Shown piece after piece: positions 36,005 through 38,729 of a stretch of 38,729 nucleotides of DNA. A program made the translations under genes and the position numbers. Position 1 is the stretch's first letter. The number at the start of each line of letters is the position of its first letter. A model generated the notes under the pieces. It saw only the letters and a list, made by a program, of their open reading frames with translations. It ran no database searches and had not been told where the DNA came from. This stretch comes from a virus (lineage: Duplodnaviria > Caudoviricetes). The stretch lies in IMG/VR virus record IMGVR_UViG_3300005837_000042, positions 1 to 38,729 of that record; one strand, given 5' to 3'.

Positions 36005-36309
36005 TGCCCAGACAGGTAACAAGACTAAATGAGGGAAGCGAGATAACCATCCCGCTGAGAAACCTAGTTTCCATGATTGCTTTTACAGCCGTATCCGTTT
36101 GGGTCTACTTCGGGCTGACAGAGCGGTTATCTTTCCTTGAGCATGAGCAAGAGATGATGCTCATAGAAATCGAAGAGAATGACGATTGGATTGACGATTT
36201 TGAACCGCCAAAGGAAGTACAGGATACTGTGCGGCGAGTTCAGGAACTAGAGATAGAAGTAGAGAAGATGAAGATAGTTTTAGGAAATGCAATCGGTAGA
36301 TGGAAATAG
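36004..36309 (+). CDS. Membrane-anchored coiled-coil protein
   Basis: IPLRNLVSMIAFTAVSVWVYFGLTERL then coiled coil. Confidence 0.7.
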   Translation: MPRQVTRLNEGSEITIPLRNLVSMIAFTAVSVWVYFGLTERLSFLEHEQEMMLIEIEENDDWIDDFEPPKEVQDTVRRVQELEIEVEKMKIVLGNAIGRWK

Positions 36310-36401
36310 CGCATATAGAAATGATTATCCATGTGTTGGTTCTTATTGGCGTGTGGATTAACACCGCCATAAATATTGTACACAGGATTAATGCAAAATG
36401 A
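36300..36401 (+). CDS. 33-aa single-TM peptide (not in ORF track)
   Basis: MEIAHIEMIIHVLVLIGVWINTAINIVHRINAK*; fills the gap, ATGA overlap with the HNH gene. Confidence 0.55.
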   Translation: MEIAHIEMIIHVLVLIGVWINTAINIVHRINAK

Positions 36402-36628
36402 GACAGAGAGATTACAAGCGTGAATACGCTCAGTATCACGCAAAACCAGAACAGAAAAAACGGAGGGCTGGACGCAATGCGGCTAGACGTTATGCAGTTA
36501 GTAAAGGGCTTGTGCAAAAAGGTGATGGACGCGAAGTTGACCATCGTAACTTTGATGCTACTGATAACAGCCCTAACAATCTACGAGTTATGGCAAAGTC
36601 TCTAAATAGGAGCAAGCAACCCAAATGA
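36398..36628 (+). CDS. Small HNH endonuclease
   Basis: GDGREVDH...N...NLRV....NRS; ATGA-coupled to terS. Confidence 0.85.
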   Translation: MRQRDYKREYAQYHAKPEQKKRRAGRNAARRYAVSKGLVQKGDGREVDHRNFDATDNSPNNLRVMAKSLNRSKQPK

Positions 36629-36855
36629 CAAAAGCATCAGAAACACTTAACCTGTTACACGAGGCGGTGACCAACGAGTTACTCGCCCGTATTCAGTCTG
36701 GTGAAGCAAAACCAGCAGACTTGTCAGTAGCAGTGAAGTTCCTGAAAGACAACGGCATTGAGGCCATCCCGACAGACGGCTCAATCCTTCAGGCACTAAT
36801 CAATGAACTGCCGTTTGATGAAGATGAAGAAATCGAACTCATCAAAACTCACTGA
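36625..36855 (+). CDS. terS: Terminase small subunit (T7 gp18-like)
   Basis: LLHEAV..ELL.RI.SGEA.PADLSVAVKFLKDNGI. Confidence 0.9.
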   Translation: MTKASETLNLLHEAVTNELLARIQSGEAKPADLSVAVKFLKDNGIEAIPTDGSILQALINELPFDEDEEIELIKTH

Positions 36856-38512
36856 CTTTAGAAACTTTCTGTACCTAGTATGGAAACATCTTAACCTACC
36901 TGAACCCACGCCAATCCAATATGATATCGCTGAATACTTACAGCATGGGCCACGGCGTGAGGTCATTGAGGCATTTCGTGGTGTGGGCAAGTCCTACATT
37001 ACGAGTGCCTTTGTAGTTCATCAGCTACTCCTTGACCCAGAGTGTAAGGTTCTGGTTGTGTCGGCATCCAAGAACAGGTCTGATGACTTCTCTACATTCA
37101 CCCAAAGGCTAATCAACGATATGCCCGTGCTTCATCACTTGAAGCCACGCGAGGAACAAAGAGCAAGTAAGATATCCTTTGACGTTGGCCCTGCTGGGCC
37201 TTCTCACTCTCCCAGCGTAAAGTCTGTTGGTATTACTGGACAATTGTCTGGTAGCCGCGCAGACATCATCGTAGCGGATGACATTGAGATACCCAACAAC
37301 TCTGCCACGCAAATGATGCGAGAAAAACTAGCAGAAGCTGTTAAGGAATTTGACGCGGTACTCAAGCCTGACGGACGCATTATCTACCTCGGTACACCTC
37401 AGACAGAGATGTCGTTATACGAGGAATTACCCAACCGTGGATATGATGCCCGAATATGGCCCGCAAGATACCCCTCAGAGGCCGTCAGAAGCCGCTACAG
37501 TGGCCGTCTTGCCCCTTTGGTCAGTGACCTACTAGACAGGGACGAAGAGGCTCTCACAGGGCTTCCTACAGACCCGAAGAGATTTACAGATGAAGACCTC
37601 ACAGAACGTGAGTTGTCCTATGGACGCTCTGGTTTCAGTCTTCAGTTCATGCTCGACACGAGCCTCTCTGATGCAGACAGATATCCACTGAAGCTGAGTG
37701 ACCTTATAGTCATGCCTCTGGATAACGACAAAGCACCTGAGAAGGTTATGTGGGGGCGTGTACCACAGAACGAGATAAAGGAACTACCTAACCTTGGTCT
37801 TGCAGGGGACAAGTACTTTACCCCACAGGACACAGTAGGTAGTTACCTAGACTACACTGGCTCTGTCATGGCTATTGACCCTTCAGGTCGAGGCGCAGAC
37901 GAAACAGCATACGCTGTAGTCAAGATGCTCAATGGTCAATTGTTTATTACTGACGCAGGGGGTGTCAAAGGCGGTTACGCCAAGGAGACACTACAAGCCC
38001 TTGCAGTCATAGCTAAGAACAACAAGGTCAATGAGATTATCGTGGAGAGCAACTTTGGTGACGGTATGTTCACAGAGTTGTTCAAGCCCGTGATACATAA
38101 AGTGTACGAAGTGACCATCAACGAGGTACGACATAGCAAGCAGAAAGAACTGAGAATCATTGATACCCTAGAACCCGTAATGAACCAGCATCGACTTGTT
38201 ATAGACCCGAAGGTCATAGAACGTGATTGGCAGTCTGTACAGAACTACAGTACTGAGAAAGCACCTAAGTACACCCTAGCGTACCAAATGACCCGCATCA
38301 CAAAGGAACGTGGTGCATTGGCTCACGATGACCGTTTGGATGCTCTATCTATGGCTGTTGCCTATTGGGTAGAACAGATGGCATCTGATGTCGATAAGGC
38401 CATTGTAGACCGTAAGGAAGAACTCCTGATGGAAACCCTTGAGAGATTCTCTACTAATACCCTGCTGAAACCACAGCGTAGTGAAGTAGGAAACCAGTGG
38501 TTTACGCTTTAA
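36803..38512 (+). CDS. terL: Terminase large subunit (T7 gp19-like); start may be 36818/36824
   Basis: AFRGVGKS, GSRAD.IVADDIE, LGTPQ, IDPSGRG.DE, ESNFGDGMF, HDDRLDAL. Confidence 0.97.
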   Translation: MNCRLMKMKKSNSSKLTDFRNFLYLVWKHLNLPEPTPIQYDIAEYLQHGPRREVIEAFRGVGKSYITSAFVVHQLLLDPECKVLVVSASKNRSDDFSTFTQRLINDMPVLHHLKPREEQRASKISFDVGPAGPSHSPSVKSVGITGQLSGSRADIIVADDIEIPNNSATQMMREKLAEAVKEFDAVLKPDGRIIYLGTPQTEMSLYEELPNRGYDARIWPARYPSEAVRSRYSGRLAPLVSDLLDRDEEALTGLPTDPKRFTDEDLTERELSYGRSGFSLQFMLDTSLSDADRYPLKLSDLIVMPLDNDKAPEKVMWGRVPQNEIKELPNLGLAGDKYFTPQDTVGSYLDYTGSVMAIDPSGRGADETAYAVVKMLNGQLFITDAGGVKGGYAKETLQALAVIAKNNKVNEIIVESNFGDGMFTELFKPVIHKVYEVTINEVRHSKQKELRIIDTLEPVMNQHRLVIDPKVIERDWQSVQNYSTEKAPKYTLAYQMTRITKERGALAHDDRLDALSMAVAYWVEQMASDVDKAIVDRKEELLMETLERFSTNTLLKPQRSEVGNQWFTL

Positions 38513-38524
38513 TGGACATTATAG
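38508..38524 (+). promoter_or_regulatory. Phage RNAP promoter P4, right end (TTTAATGGACATTATAG), phi-OR-like
   Basis: Consensus copy over the terL stop, no downstream ORF. Confidence 0.85.
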
Positions 38525-38568
38525 GAGGGGGATATATACAGTACACCTATAGGTACTCTACCCTCTCC
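38524..38568 (+). ncRNA. Candidate structured transcript from P4
   Basis: Predicted +1 GGAGGGGG pairs with CCCTCTCC; inner AGTAC/GTACT stem. Confidence 0.4.
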
Positions 38569-38729
38569 TATGCTTTAGGGTAAGAAAACAGCAGAGATAT
38601 GTCTTACAGTCATGGATGACCCCTTGGATATTTGGCGAAAAAATCTGAAACCGTACCGCATAGGTATGGTAGGACGAAGCACCCCGTAGGGGGTACGCCG
38701 TGGGCCGCAAGAATTACAAGGGGGGCGCG

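Larger units (their letters stand above)
1..38729 (+). mobile_element. T7-like (Autographiviridae) temperate podophage, near-complete genome
   Basis: Colinear T7-type gene set (RNAP, gp2.5, 3, 3.5, 4, 5, 6, 8-12, 14-19 equivalents) on one strand plus integrase; no host genes; no terminal repeat seen between the window ends, so the left end is probably missing. Confidence 0.97.

Noticed and set aside
1-38729. Direct terminal repeats or prophage boundaries
   Set aside because: Window ends do not match, no host genes are present, and the att region appears intact (unintegrated form)

Overview
Near-complete genome of a T7-like (Autographiviridae) podophage, with essentially all genes on the + strand. 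The architecture is the integrase-carrying type known from marine alphaproteobacterial phages (HTVC019P-like); the host assignment is inference only. Gene order: early HTH and MarR-like regulators, tyrosine integrase, complete tRNA-Leu(TAA)/probable attP, phage RNA polymerase, SSB, endonuclease I, amidase, primase-helicase, DNA polymerase A, exonuclease, MazG-like protein, class II RNR, portal, scaffold, major capsid, a block of five very basic small proteins, tail tube A/B, internal virion proteins, tail fibre adaptor plus two RCC1-like propeller proteins, a membrane-protein/holin block, HNH, TerS and TerL. The main signal the gene list does not explain is a regulatory layer. (A) A 17-18 bp motif (GAGTTAACT)x2, both tandem and palindromic, occurs 7 times across the genome, 4 of them inside coding sequence in different frames and orientations. 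(B) A second pseudo-palindrome, CCA-N3-TGG, occurs at four intergenic control points. (C) Four phage-RNAP promoters (TGGACAYTATMG) are present, one upstream of the RNAP gene itself. Together with the two DNA-binding genes, these suggest an operator/'stoperator' lysogeny switch for a T7-like phage. All motif searches were done by eye, so degenerate copies may be missed, and family names come from recognised motifs rather than database searches.
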